DNA of 57,863 nt from Actinomycetota bacterium (GTDB lineage: Bacteria > Actinomycetota > Acidimicrobiia > Acidimicrobiales > Ilumatobacteraceae): the NCBI GenBank assembly GCA_005787035.1, contig SYCI01000145.1, positions 1 to 57,863 of the forward strand. Reading direction: 5' to 3'. Positions 37,456-47,021 of this stretch are shown one piece after another. The position numbers were made by a program, and so were the translations under genes. The notes under the pieces are model-generated. The model searched no databases. It was not told where the DNA came from and worked only from the letters and a program-made list of their open reading frames with translations. The number at the start of each line of letters is the position of its first letter. The first letter of the stretch is position 1.

Positions 37456-38060
37456 AGCGCCTCGCTCCGCTCGTGCTCTCGTCGATCCTCGTCGGGTGCG
37501 GACTCTCACCTGATGCGGCCCCTCGCGACATCCCGAACGCGGAGCAGAAGGACCTCGTCGAAGTGGTCGCCGGGGCGGCGGGCGCGGCGGGGACCGGACG
37601 CATCTACTTGGAACGCACCGACGAAACCGGTCGGAGTTTGCTCTCGGCCGTGCCGCGCCAATTCGACCAGGACCCGACATCGATCCTGCGCTCACTCGTG
37701 ACCGGTCCGACCGAAGACGAGCAGAAGACCGGACTTCGCAGTGCGATTCCTCAGGGAACCAAGGTCATCAGTGCGCGGTACGTCGCCAACGATCTGGTGA
37801 AGGTCGATGTGTCGTCACGGATATTCGACGCCACCGGTGACGACCTCGTTGCGGCCATCGCCCAGATCGTGTTGACCCTCGCCGAGATCGACGGTGTCGA
37901 GCGCGTCGTGATCGTGGTGGACGGCCAACCTCAGGAGTGGCCGCGGGGCGATGGAAGTCTGACCACCGATCCCCTCACCGAATTCGATTATCCGGGGCGC
38001 GCCGCCTCGAGCCAGCCGCCGTATCCGGGGATCATCGTCGACCCGTCGACCACGTCCTGA
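37452..38060 (+). CDS. lpqB: short LpqB-like lipoprotein (GerMN domain only)
   Basis: ATGA overlap with the mtrB stop. Lipobox LVGC after MKRLAPLVLSSI. GerMN-like core (LRSLVTGPTEDE...GLRSAIP...AQIVLTLAEIDGVERVVIVVDG). Only 202 aa. Confidence 0.6.
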   Translation: MKRLAPLVLSSILVGCGLSPDAAPRDIPNAEQKDLVEVVAGAAGAAGTGRIYLERTDETGRSLLSAVPRQFDQDPTSILRSLVTGPTEDEQKTGLRSAIPQGTKVISARYVANDLVKVDVSSRIFDATGDDLVAAIAQIVLTLAEIDGVERVVIVVDGQPQEWPRGDGSLTTDPLTEFDYPGRAASSQPPYPGIIVDPSTTS

Positions 38061-38063
38061 CGA

Positions 38064-39098
38064 TCAGCCGAAGAAAACGTCGGCGACTCCGTGCAGTAGC
38101 GACATGTCGAGTGTGCGCGTCCTCCCGACCACCTCGCTCAACGCAACTCGGGTCATCGCACCCCCGCGCACGGCCACCATGTGACCCCACGAACCATCAT
38201 GGGCCGCATCGATGGCCTCGAGTCCGAAACGAGTCGACAACACGCGATCGAAGGCGGTCGGGGTGCCACCTCGCTGTACGTGACCGATCTGAACGACCCG
38301 CGCCTCGATTCCCGTGCGGCGTTCGATTTCGGCGGCGACGTTCACACAGATCCCGCCGAGTCTCGGACGGCCGAGTTCGTCCTTCGAGTACTCCGGCACG
38401 TCCATCGTTCCCGCAACGGGTCTCGCTCCTTCGGCCACGACGACGAGCGATGCATAACGACCCCGGGAATGCCGACGCTCGATCGTTGCGCAGACGTCTG
38501 CGATGACGAAGGGCTCCTCGGGAACGAGGATGACCGTGGCGCCACCTGCGAGACCGGCGTGGGTGGCGATCCAGCCGGTGTCGCGACCCATGACCTCCAC
38601 CACGACCACGCGATTGTGACTTTCCGCCGTGGTGTGCAGGCGGTCGATCGCATCCGTGGCCACCTGCACCGCCGTGTTGAAGCCGAAGGTCGTGTCGGTC
38701 CCGACGACATCGTTGTCGATCGTCTTGGGAACTCCGATGACCGGTAGCCCGATCTGATCGTGGAGCATCGATGCCACGGTGAGCGATCCGTTGCCACCGA
38801 CGACGATCAGACCGTCGAGGCGTTCGGCATCGAAGCAGTCGCGAACCCGGTCGAGGCCGTCGGCGTGATCGAACGGGCTACCGCGACGAGTTCCGAGAAT
38901 GGTTCCACCCCTCGGGAGGAGTCCCCGCACACCGGCCACGTCGAGGCGGATGAATCGACGTTCCATCACTCCGTCCCAGGAGTCGATGAAGCCCAGAACC
39001 TCATCGCCGTGATTCGTCACACCCTTGCGCACGATCGCCCGGATCACCTCGTTCAGACCCGGACAATCACCACCCCCGGTGAGCACTCCGATACGCAC
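38064..39098 (-). CDS. pfkA: 6-phosphofructokinase
   Basis: N-terminus MRIGVLTGGGDCPGLN and PKTIDND, with GGNGS at the position discriminating ATP from PPi. Confidence 0.93.
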   Translation of the reverse strand: MRIGVLTGGGDCPGLNEVIRAIVRKGVTNHGDEVLGFIDSWDGVMERRFIRLDVAGVRGLLPRGGTILGTRRGSPFDHADGLDRVRDCFDAERLDGLIVVGGNGSLTVASMLHDQIGLPVIGVPKTIDNDVVGTDTTFGFNTAVQVATDAIDRLHTTAESHNRVVVVEVMGRDTGWIATHAGLAGGATVILVPEEPFVIADVCATIERRHSRGRYASLVVVAEGARPVAGTMDVPEYSKDELGRPRLGGICVNVAAEIERRTGIEARVVQIGHVQRGGTPTAFDRVLSTRFGLEAIDAAHDGSWGHMVAVRGGAMTRVALSEVVGRTRTLDMSLLHGVADVFFG

Positions 39099-39129
39099 GA
39101 GAACAGGTTACGGGTGGAACAATGTCGAC

Positions 39130-39465
39130 GTGGCTTGGGATTCGACGCGGGTGGTGCCATGGGGACGCCTGTCTCGCGAGTGGCTGGTGTACGCCGTGGT
39201 CATGATCGTCGCCTTCGTCGTGTTCCTGCGCGACAGCGTGAACGGAGGATCCGTTCTCGGGCTGGCGGCGTCCTATCCGTTGTACATGTTGTTCGGTGGT
39301 TTCCTCGCCAAGATGGGCTACCAACGCAAGACCCTCCGCGACATCCGGTCGCAGGCGCGTGAGGTGCGCACTCCCCCGCCCTCCGCCAAGCCGGCCACGC
39401 GTCGCCCCGCGCCCACCAAGCGAACCTCGACCGGTCCGTCACAGCATCGCAAGAAGAATCGCTGA
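39130..39465 (+). CDS. hypothetical 2-TM protein with basic Pro-rich tail
   Basis: GTG 39130 (or 39151). Two TM helices, then the tail ...RTPPPSAKPATRRPAPTKRTSTGPSQHRKKNR. The stop is 1 nt before the glpK start. Confidence 0.4.
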   Translation: MAWDSTRVVPWGRLSREWLVYAVVMIVAFVVFLRDSVNGGSVLGLAASYPLYMLFGGFLAKMGYQRKTLRDIRSQAREVRTPPPSAKPATRRPAPTKRTSTGPSQHRKKNR

Positions 39466-39466
39466 C

Positions 39467-40963
39467 GTGTCGGCCGACTACGTGCTCGCCATCGATGCCG
39501 GCACGACCGGCGTCCGGAGTCGTGCGGTTTTCGCCGACGCGCGACCGAGTGTTGCGAGTTATCGCGAGTTCACTCAGCACTTTCCGATTCCCGGTCGGGT
39601 CGAGCACGACGCGCTCGAGATCTGGGCGGCGGTCGTCGCGACCATGGGCGAGGTGATCGCCGCCTGTGGAACGCCGAGCGCCATCGGCATCACCAATCAA
39701 CGCGAGACAGTGGTCGCGTGGAGTCGCTCGACCGGACGTCCGCACGGGCGGGCCATCGTGTGGCAGGACCGTCGCACCGCCGACACGTGCGAACGTCTCA
39801 CGGCCGAGGGTCACCTCCCCACGGTGCGTCGGACGACCGGACTCGTCCTCGACCCATACTTCTCGGGCACCAAGATGGCTTGGATGCTCGCCAACGGCGT
39901 CACGGCCGATGACGATCTCGCATTCGGGACGATCGACACCTGGCTGATCTGGCAACTCACCGGTGGTCGCACCTTTGCCACCGATCCGTCGAACGCGAGT
40001 CGGACCATGCTCTTCGACATCGGCGCCCTCGAGTGGAGTTCGACGATGAGCGAGATCCTCGGTGTTCCCCGACGCGCGCTCCCGGAAGTCCGACCGTCGA
40101 GTGGACGCTTCGGAACCACTGCCTGTGATGGTCTTCCGACGGGAATCCCGATCTCGGGTGTGGCCGGAGATCAACAGAGCGCACTCTTCGGTCAGGCGTG
40201 CTTCACGACCGGCATGGCCAAGAACACCTACGGCACCGGCAGTTTCGTCCTGATGAACGTCGGCACCTCGTGCCCGGAGCCATCCGAAGGCCTTCTCACC
40301 ACGGTCGCTTGGTCACTCGACCAAGGTGACGGCTCTCCGACCACGACCTACGCCCTCGAAGGAGCGATCTTCGTCACTGGTGCCGCAGTTCAGTGGCTTC
40401 GCGACGGCCTGGGGATCATTGCATCATCAGCCGACATCGGACCCCTCGCCGAGTCCACTCCCGACAGCGGGGGCTTGTTCGTGGTCCCGGCATTCACCGG
40501 ACTCGGAAGTCCGTGGTGGGACCCGTACGCCCGTGGCACGGTCGTGGGCATCACTCGTGGCACCACGCGTGCGCACTTCGCTCGCGCGATCGTCGAGGCA
40601 ATGGCCCTCCAGACACGCGATGCGGTCGAAGCGATGGAGCGCGCCGGTGGCGTTCATCTTTCGGAATTGCGTGTCGACGGTGGCGCGTCGGTGATGGATC
40701 TGCTGATGCGGATCCAGGCCGACCAGTTGGGTATTCCGGTGCGGCGACCGGTGGATCAGGAGACGACAGCGCTCGGGGCGGCCTTCCTCGCCGGACTCGC
40801 CGAAGGAGTGTGGCCGTCTCTCGACTCAATCAGCCGACGTTGGCAGACCGATCGGCTGTTCGTACCGTCCCCGGAAGATTCGCCGGACCGACGCGCGGCC
40901 GACGAACTCCACACGACCTGGCTACGCGCGGTCGAACGCTCGCGCAACTGGGCTCACGACTGA
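39467..40963 (+). CDS. glpK: glycerol kinase
   Basis: GTG 39467 (VSADYVLAIDAGTTGVRS). FGGY motifs including GDQQSALFGQ. The 555-aa track ORF includes an upstream out-of-gene extension. Confidence 0.95.
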   Translation: MSADYVLAIDAGTTGVRSRAVFADARPSVASYREFTQHFPIPGRVEHDALEIWAAVVATMGEVIAACGTPSAIGITNQRETVVAWSRSTGRPHGRAIVWQDRRTADTCERLTAEGHLPTVRRTTGLVLDPYFSGTKMAWMLANGVTADDDLAFGTIDTWLIWQLTGGRTFATDPSNASRTMLFDIGALEWSSTMSEILGVPRRALPEVRPSSGRFGTTACDGLPTGIPISGVAGDQQSALFGQACFTTGMAKNTYGTGSFVLMNVGTSCPEPSEGLLTTVAWSLDQGDGSPTTTYALEGAIFVTGAAVQWLRDGLGIIASSADIGPLAESTPDSGGLFVVPAFTGLGSPWWDPYARGTVVGITRGTTRAHFARAIVEAMALQTRDAVEAMERAGGVHLSELRVDGGASVMDLLMRIQADQLGIPVRRPVDQETTALGAAFLAGLAEGVWPSLDSISRRWQTDRLFVPSPEDSPDRRAADELHTTWLRAVERSRNWAHD

Positions 40964-41586
40964 ACGACCGTCCCCACGACACGGCCGATCAGGTCGAGCT
41001 GTTGTCGCTCACGTTCACGGAACGCCCGACCGCGTCGCTCCCCCGCGAGCGCCGAACCCGAATCGCCCAGCCGACACCAGATGACATCGGATGGCGTGTG
41101 CTCCGAACGAGCATCGGCGGGAAGATGCGACGTACCCGCCAGGAATGCGACGAGCCATGCCGTGTCGGGGATCGTTCCGTGGGCGGCCGTCAACTCGGAG
41201 GTCGCCAGATCGACCACGGCCACCCAGTCGGCCTCGAGTAATTCGGAGGTCTCGTTGCACAGCGTTTCGAGGCGACGATCGTGATCCGACTCGAGCACCG
41301 CTGCCACGACGGCCAAGGCCATCACACCATGGTCGGGACGTTCGGCGTCGATCTCGTGCAGATCTTCGACCGCCACACCGTCGACCGTGCTGAGCGCAGC
41401 CACGACATCATCGGGCGAACATCCATCGGGCAGGCTCACGGTCACCTCGTCGATCGCCATACCGGCTCCTCGTTCGAGGATTTCGATGCCGACCACGTCG
41501 GCGCGCGCCGAGCCGATCGCGGCCGCGACCCGGCCGAGCGTTCCGGGCCGATCCGGGAGCCAGAGGCGAACGACGAAGTGCGGCAC
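40954..41586 (-). CDS. ACT-domain protein with uncharacterised C-terminal domain
   Basis: N-terminal ACT fold signature (VVRLWLPDRPGTLGRVAAAIG...ADVVGIEIL). The C-terminal ~120 aa are possibly GAF-like. GTG start. Confidence 0.6.
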   Translation of the reverse strand: MPHFVVRLWLPDRPGTLGRVAAAIGSARADVVGIEILERGAGMAIDEVTVSLPDGCSPDDVVAALSTVDGVAVEDLHEIDAERPDHGVMALAVVAAVLESDHDRRLETLCNETSELLEADWVAVVDLATSELTAAHGTIPDTAWLVAFLAGTSHLPADARSEHTPSDVIWCRLGDSGSALAGERRGRAFRERERQQLDLIGRVVGTVVQS

Positions 41587-41619
41587 GGGTGAAGGAATCG
41601 GGACGCCGAAGAACGCGGT

Positions 41620-42825
41620 TCAGCCGAGTTTGGTGAGGCCGCGCTTCAGGTTGCGGATGCCCTGTGCGATGCGCTGCTCGTTCTCGATCAGCGCGAAACG
41701 CGCGAAGCCCTCGCCACCCGGGCCGAATCCGACACCAGGCGAAAGTGCAACTTCACACTCACGCACGACCAACGAGCAGAACTCCACCGACGTGAGATCG
41801 GCGTACGGTTCGGGAATCGGCGCCCAGACGAACATCGAGCCCTTCGGAGCCGGGATGTCCCAGCCGATTCGCGACAGGCCGTCGATCAACGCGTCGCGCC
41901 GACTCTGGTAGATCGAACACACCTCTTCGGGATAGTCCCCGGCTTCGTTCATGGTCACGGTCGCCGCGATCTGGATCGGCTGGAAGGTGCCGTAGTCGAG
42001 GTAGCTCTTCAACTTCACGAGGGCCTGAACCACCTCGCGGTTTCCGAGGAGGAAGGCCACGCGCCAGCCGGCCATCGAGAAACTCTTGGTCATGGAGTAG
42101 AGCTCGACCGCACACTCCTTGGCTCCCTCCGCTTGCAGAATCGACGGAGGTTGATACCCGTCGAATCCGACGTCGGCGTAGGCGAAGTCGTGCACCACGA
42201 TCATGTTGCGCTCGCGACAGAAGTCGACGACACGTTGCATGAAGGGCAGGTCGACGCACGAACCCGTGGGGTTGTGCGGGAAAGAGATCACGAGAACTCG
42301 GGGCTTGGGCCAGCCGACGTCGTAGGCCGTGGTCAGGCTGTCGAAGAAATCGCCCTCGAAATCGGTCTGCACTCGCGGATCGGAGAGGCTGCGCATCGGC
42401 ACCTGCCGAAGATCGGCGCCGGCGAAGAGCGGCCCGTAGATGTGGATCGGATAACTCGGACTCGGAACGATGGCGGCATCACCACGATCGAGCAGGACCC
42501 ACATCAGATGGCTGAAGCCCTCCTTGGATCCGATCGTGTTGGTGATCTCGGTCTCGACGTCGAGGTCGACGTTCCACTTGCGCTTGTAGAGGTCGGCGAT
42601 GGCCTCACGAAGCTTGGGCAGACCCTTCGACATCGAGTAGCGATGATTGCGGGCGATCTTGGCCGCCTCGCCGAGTTTTTCCACGGCAATCGACGGTGAC
42701 GGGATGTCGGGGTTGCCGAAACCGAGGTCGACGACGTCGACACCCTGCCGCCGGGCCTCGATCTTCAGATTGTTGATGATCGTGAAGACATAGGGCGGAA
42801 GATTCGTGATCCGGCGGAACTCCAT
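41620..42825 (-). CDS. class I/II PLP-dependent aminotransferase (AlaA/AspC-like)
   Basis: 401 aa with N-terminus NLPPYVF...LGFGNPD and the PLP-Lys motif SMTKSFSMAGWRV. Confidence 0.88.
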   Translation of the reverse strand: MEFRRITNLPPYVFTIINNLKIEARRQGVDVVDLGFGNPDIPSPSIAVEKLGEAAKIARNHRYSMSKGLPKLREAIADLYKRKWNVDLDVETEITNTIGSKEGFSHLMWVLLDRGDAAIVPSPSYPIHIYGPLFAGADLRQVPMRSLSDPRVQTDFEGDFFDSLTTAYDVGWPKPRVLVISFPHNPTGSCVDLPFMQRVVDFCRERNMIVVHDFAYADVGFDGYQPPSILQAEGAKECAVELYSMTKSFSMAGWRVAFLLGNREVVQALVKLKSYLDYGTFQPIQIAATVTMNEAGDYPEEVCSIYQSRRDALIDGLSRIGWDIPAPKGSMFVWAPIPEPYADLTSVEFCSLVVRECEVALSPGVGFGPGGEGFARFALIENEQRIAQGIRNLKRGLTKLG

Positions 42826-42873
42826 GCGACGACCCTAGTTGGCATGCTTCGCTGGAGGGCGGTTGTATACGCC

Positions 42874-43824
42874 TCAGTGACCGTCGTCCGCTTCGACCTC
42901 GGCGAGATGGGCGGCCCCGATGGCTCCGGCCAATTCACGGTGTCGGGCCAGTTCGATGGTGGGGTGCGGACGGAGTTCGGGGGCGTAGAGCATCTCGCCG
43001 AACCATCGCCGGATGGCGGGCAGATACGTGTCGCCGGTGCTCGCCAGACCGCCTCCGATCACGAACAGTTCGGGGTCGAGGACGTTCGCGAGATTGGCGA
43101 GTCCCACGGCCACCCACCGACAGAACCCATCGATCACCGCGAGCGCTTCCGCGTCACCATCCCGTGCCGCTGACTCCACGTGCTCGCCCCGAATGTCGGT
43201 GGCGGCACCGGCCGCCGTCACGATCGCGTGACCACCGCCGCCTGTCACCAGCTCGCGGGCGCGAGCGGCGAGCGCCGATCCGGACGCGAATCGCTCCCAG
43301 CATCCATGAAGGCCACACGGACACAACGGCCCACTCGGGTCCACGATCACGTGGCCGATCTCACCGGCGAACCCGTTTCGTCCGCGAACCACTCGGCCGT
43401 CGGCCACGATGCCGCCACCGATACCGGTTCCGAGGGTGACCACCACGACGTCGGAACGTCCGACGGCCACTCCCGACTTCCACTCGGCGATCGCCGCGCA
43501 CGTCGCATCGTTCTCGACGAAAACCTGTCGGGCGAGTCGTTCCGAGAGTCGCGCCGCCACGGCGAGGTCGCGCACGTCGAAGAGATTCGGCGAGGCCCGA
43601 ATGACCCCTTCGCGGGTGACGAGTCCGGGCACCCCGACCCCGACGGAATCAACGACTCCGAAACCTTCGGTCATCACCGCGAGAACTTCGATGAGTTCGT
43701 CGGGGTGACGTGGCGTGGGGCGACGGTCGACCTCGAGCACTTCTCCACTCGAGTCGATCACGACTCCGAGACACTTGGTGCCGCCGACATCGATGCCGGC
43801 TCGGCGTCGACCGGGCGACGTCAC
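42874..43824 (-). CDS. ROK-family glucokinase-like sugar kinase
   Basis: Motifs GIDVGGTKCLGVV and the zinc motif CPCGLHGCWERF. ATGA overlap with the upstream SRPBCC gene stop. Confidence 0.85.
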   Translation of the reverse strand: MTSPGRRRAGIDVGGTKCLGVVIDSSGEVLEVDRRPTPRHPDELIEVLAVMTEGFGVVDSVGVGVPGLVTREGVIRASPNLFDVRDLAVAARLSERLARQVFVENDATCAAIAEWKSGVAVGRSDVVVVTLGTGIGGGIVADGRVVRGRNGFAGEIGHVIVDPSGPLCPCGLHGCWERFASGSALAARARELVTGGGGHAIVTAAGAATDIRGEHVESAARDGDAEALAVIDGFCRWVAVGLANLANVLDPELFVIGGGLASTGDTYLPAIRRWFGEMLYAPELRPHPTIELARHRELAGAIGAAHLAEVEADDGH

Positions 43825-44255
43825 GATTCGGCGCGGACCTTCAGTTCCTTCACGGTGTTGAGGATGCGCACTTCGGCCCGTCGCTTCACGAAGCCGGGAA
43901 GCGGGACGATCAGATCGATCGAGAGGTTGTAGGTCAGCACCACGCCACCCGAGGAGTCGGGCGCGAACATGTACGCACCATCGACGGCCCGCATGATGTC
44001 ACCTTTCACCATGTGCCACGCCAAGCGGTGAGGGGCGGCCGAATAGTCGTAGGACAGCGTGTAATGAGTGCTGCGTCCGAGCGCCGACGTGCGGTACTCC
44101 ACTTCGGTCGCCCGACCCTCGGAGTCGCGCGACAGGACCACGGCCGACTTCACATCGGTTGCCCAACGGGGATAGGCCTCGAAATCGGTGGCGATCGACC
44201 AGCAACGTTCGAGCGGGGCCGAAATGGAGATGGTGAGCGACGCGGTATCGGCCAT
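43821..44255 (-). CDS. SRPBCC (cyclase/dehydrase, START-like) family protein
   Basis: 144 aa with a typical N-terminus (...ISISAPLERCWSIATDFEAYPRWA...) and alternating beta pattern. Confidence 0.6.
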   Translation of the reverse strand: MADTASLTISISAPLERCWSIATDFEAYPRWATDVKSAVVLSRDSEGRATEVEYRTSALGRSTHYTLSYDYSAAPHRLAWHMVKGDIMRAVDGAYMFAPDSSGGVVLTYNLSIDLIVPLPGFVKRRAEVRILNTVKELKVRAES

Positions 44256-44284
44256 GCATTAGTTCTAGCCGATCGGCTGCGGTG

Positions 44285-44755
44285 TCAGGCGTCCTCACCT
44301 CGTCGGCGCGGTGGGAACCGACCTGAACGCGCCGCCCATAGTCCATTGAGGCCGAGCCCGAGTACGGGCACCAGAACTCCGAAGGCCAACGTCGATCCAG
44401 CCGTCGATCCGCCATCGGAGGCCGGTGTCGACGGCCGGGCGATGGCCGTGACGAGAGCCGCCACCGTCTGGACCGACAGGCACCCGAGCATGACCTGCTT
44501 GATCCGCTTGGGCACCGCTGCACCCATCAGGAAGTACAACTCGGCGACCGACATCTCGACCTCACGACTTCTCTGCACCGCGGTCCAGTAGCCCCACAAG
44601 AACGCGGCGACACCGACGGCGAACAGGACGAGGGAAACCACGACGCCCTGGACTTTCCACGGTCCGTCGAAGATCAGAGCCGCGAGTCCACTCGACACCA
44701 AGAACAAACCCGTGGCGAGCACGTTGGCGCGGACCACCATGTCGGATTCGCTCAT
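44285..44755 (-). CDS. hypothetical 4-TM membrane protein
   Basis: 156 aa with four hydrophobic helices. ATGA overlap with the GT4 stop. No family recognised. Confidence 0.5.
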   Translation of the reverse strand: MSESDMVVRANVLATGLFLVSSGLAALIFDGPWKVQGVVVSLVLFAVGVAAFLWGYWTAVQRSREVEMSVAELYFLMGAAVPKRIKQVMLGCLSVQTVAALVTAIARPSTPASDGGSTAGSTLAFGVLVPVLGLGLNGLWAARSGRFPPRRRGEDA

Positions 44756-45876
44756 GAATAAACCCCCAATGCTTCGCCCAGGCGTCGGGTGAGGACGTCG
44801 TAGGAGAACTGTTCGACGGCTCGTGCGCGTGAGGCCACGCTCATGCGCGAACGGAGCGCATCATCGGCGAGAAGGGCGCGTAGTCGCCCAGCGACCTCGG
44901 CGACATCGGTCGGTCGTCGCACCACGAACCCGGTGACGGTGTCGTCCACCGCCTCGGCCGCGCCTCCGGAGTCGCCCGCGATCTGGGGCACACCGCACGC
45001 GGCGGCTTCCACGAACACGATGCCGAAGCCCTCTTGTTCCAAACCACCCCAACGATTCCGGCACAGCATCATCGACACATCGGCACTTCCGTACAGCAAC
45101 GGCAGATCGTCATTGGGCACCCGACCGAAGAAGCGGACCGGGGCCCGCAACTCACGGGCCATCTTCTCCAGTCGGTCCCGATCTCGACCCGCGCCTCCGA
45201 TGGCGAGCACGAGTCGCGGGTGATCCGGTGCCAACTCGGCCACGGCGCGGATGGCGGTGTCGAACCCCTTGCGTGGCACCAGCCGACTGATGCCGACCAC
45301 GAGCTGCGCGTCCGGCGCGATTCCGAGCGCGCGACGGGCATCGGCGCGTTCGGCCGACGACAGCGGTCGGAATCGTTCGATGTCGACCCCCGGGGGGACG
45401 ACGGTGATGTCGAGAGGTCGGCCGGCCGCGTGTCGGGCCTCGGCGGCCGGATACCCACCAGCCGCGATCACGTGGCGGGCCCGACGCAAGACGTTTCCGA
45501 GTACCTGACGCGACACGGGCAGACGACCAGGGACGGTGACTTCGGCGCCGTGAACGACGACGTCGTACGGCCGGTCGAGATACGGCCCGATGATGCCGAG
45601 CGGAACGGCCGGGTCGAGCACCACGAGATCGGCTCCGAACTCACGGGCGAGGTCGTTGACGCGCTTCACCATCCACGGGTGCGGAAGAAGTACCGGTTCG
45701 CGCGTCCGCTCGATACGAAATGGCTGCTCGGCATCGAACTCGGCGGTACCGGCGTACGGACTCGTCAGAACCGCGAACGACTCCGGAGGCAAGCGGCGCC
45801 ACCACTCCCAGAGCAACGACTGGATGCCACCGATCTTGGGCGGGAAGTCATTGGTGACGAGGAGATGCTTCATCAT
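44752..45876 (-). CDS. GT4 glycosyltransferase, PimB'-like mannosyltransferase
   Basis: N-terminus LLVTNDFPPKIGGIQS (as I recall for mycobacterial PimB') and the EX7E motif EGFGIVFVEAAACGVP. Confidence 0.8.
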   Translation of the reverse strand: MMKHLLVTNDFPPKIGGIQSLLWEWWRRLPPESFAVLTSPYAGTAEFDAEQPFRIERTREPVLLPHPWMVKRVNDLAREFGADLVVLDPAVPLGIIGPYLDRPYDVVVHGAEVTVPGRLPVSRQVLGNVLRRARHVIAAGGYPAAEARHAAGRPLDITVVPPGVDIERFRPLSSAERADARRALGIAPDAQLVVGISRLVPRKGFDTAIRAVAELAPDHPRLVLAIGGAGRDRDRLEKMARELRAPVRFFGRVPNDDLPLLYGSADVSMMLCRNRWGGLEQEGFGIVFVEAAACGVPQIAGDSGGAAEAVDDTVTGFVVRRPTDVAEVAGRLRALLADDALRSRMSVASRARAVEQFSYDVLTRRLGEALGVYS

Positions 45877-47021
45877 GCGGATCCGAGGGCGACTAACTCG
45901 TCACGTACGAGTGGATCGGCATCGTGGTCGACGAGCGCCACCAGATCCGAACGTCCGATTCGGGATGCCGCCCACAATGCATGGGCACGGAGCAACGGAT
46001 CATCACCTTCAAGGTACTGGCGCAGCACCCGTCCGACCCGCTCATCGTCGATGCCGGCGGCGGTGTTGCCGAGGATCACGAGCGCGTTACGCCTGAGCCA
46101 ACGGGGATTCCGCTCGGCCAGATACCACCGACCGAAACGTTCGAGAAGATGTTCGTCGGTCGACGTCAGCAACTCGAGGGTGTCGATGTGCGCGCCGGTT
46201 CCCCCGATGTCGACTCGACCGGTGACTCGATCCGCCAGGCGAACCGTGGGTGGGCACGACTCCTGACAATCGTCGCAGCCATAGATGCGGTTGCCCAGAG
46301 CCCCGCGGAATTCGCGCGGACACACCCCGGGCTTCTGGACGAGCCAGGCCAGACATCGGCGGGCGTCGACCACACCGGGTTCGACGATCGCTCCGGTCGG
46401 GCAGTCGTCGATGCACGCCCGACACGCACCACATCCGTCGGGCACGGGTTTGGCCGCCGGTTGCAGTTGTGCATCGGTGACGACGGATCCGAGGACGAAC
46501 CAACTACCAGCCCCGGGCAGGAGAAGATTCGCGTTCTTGCCGAACCATCCGAGCCCGGCGCGCCACGCCACCTCGCGGTCGACGAGATCGTTCTCGTCGG
46601 CGAACACGACGGCCCGGAAGCCATCGGCTCGAAGACGCAGTGCGACTTTCTGCAGCGCCGTGCGAAGTGGCGTGTAGAAGTCGTGGCGGGCATATCGGGC
46701 GACCCGCGCGGTGAGCGGAGGAAGATCGTCGGTTTCGGGATCCTCGTCGAGGTGATAGCTCAGGCCGGCGACGATGATCGAACGAGCACCCTCGACCGCG
46801 CGGGTGGGATCGGTGGATCGGACCGGATCGCGGAACGTGAAGCCCATGGTGTCGGACAGGCCCTCCCGCCGACGACGCTCGAGTTCGGGACGCGCGCGAT
46901 CGAGCACCGCTGCGTCGGTGACACCGATCCGATGAAGTCCGAGGTCGCGCGCGAACTCGAACAGCCCAGCGAGGTACTCGGGTCGGGTCGAGTCAGGAGG
47001 CGTTGGCTTGGCCGGGCGCAC
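45873..47021 (-). CDS. queG: epoxyqueuosine reductase
   Basis: Two 4Fe-4S motifs (CGACRACIDDCPTGA, YGCDDCQESCP) and C-terminal HEAT-like repeats. GTG start, overlapping the upstream small ORF by 29 nt. Confidence 0.8.
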   Translation of the reverse strand: MRPAKPTPPDSTRPEYLAGLFEFARDLGLHRIGVTDAAVLDRARPELERRRREGLSDTMGFTFRDPVRSTDPTRAVEGARSIIVAGLSYHLDEDPETDDLPPLTARVARYARHDFYTPLRTALQKVALRLRADGFRAVVFADENDLVDREVAWRAGLGWFGKNANLLLPGAGSWFVLGSVVTDAQLQPAAKPVPDGCGACRACIDDCPTGAIVEPGVVDARRCLAWLVQKPGVCPREFRGALGNRIYGCDDCQESCPPTVRLADRVTGRVDIGGTGAHIDTLELLTSTDEHLLERFGRWYLAERNPRWLRRNALVILGNTAAGIDDERVGRVLRQYLEGDDPLLRAHALWAASRIGRSDLVALVDHDADPLVRDELVALGSA

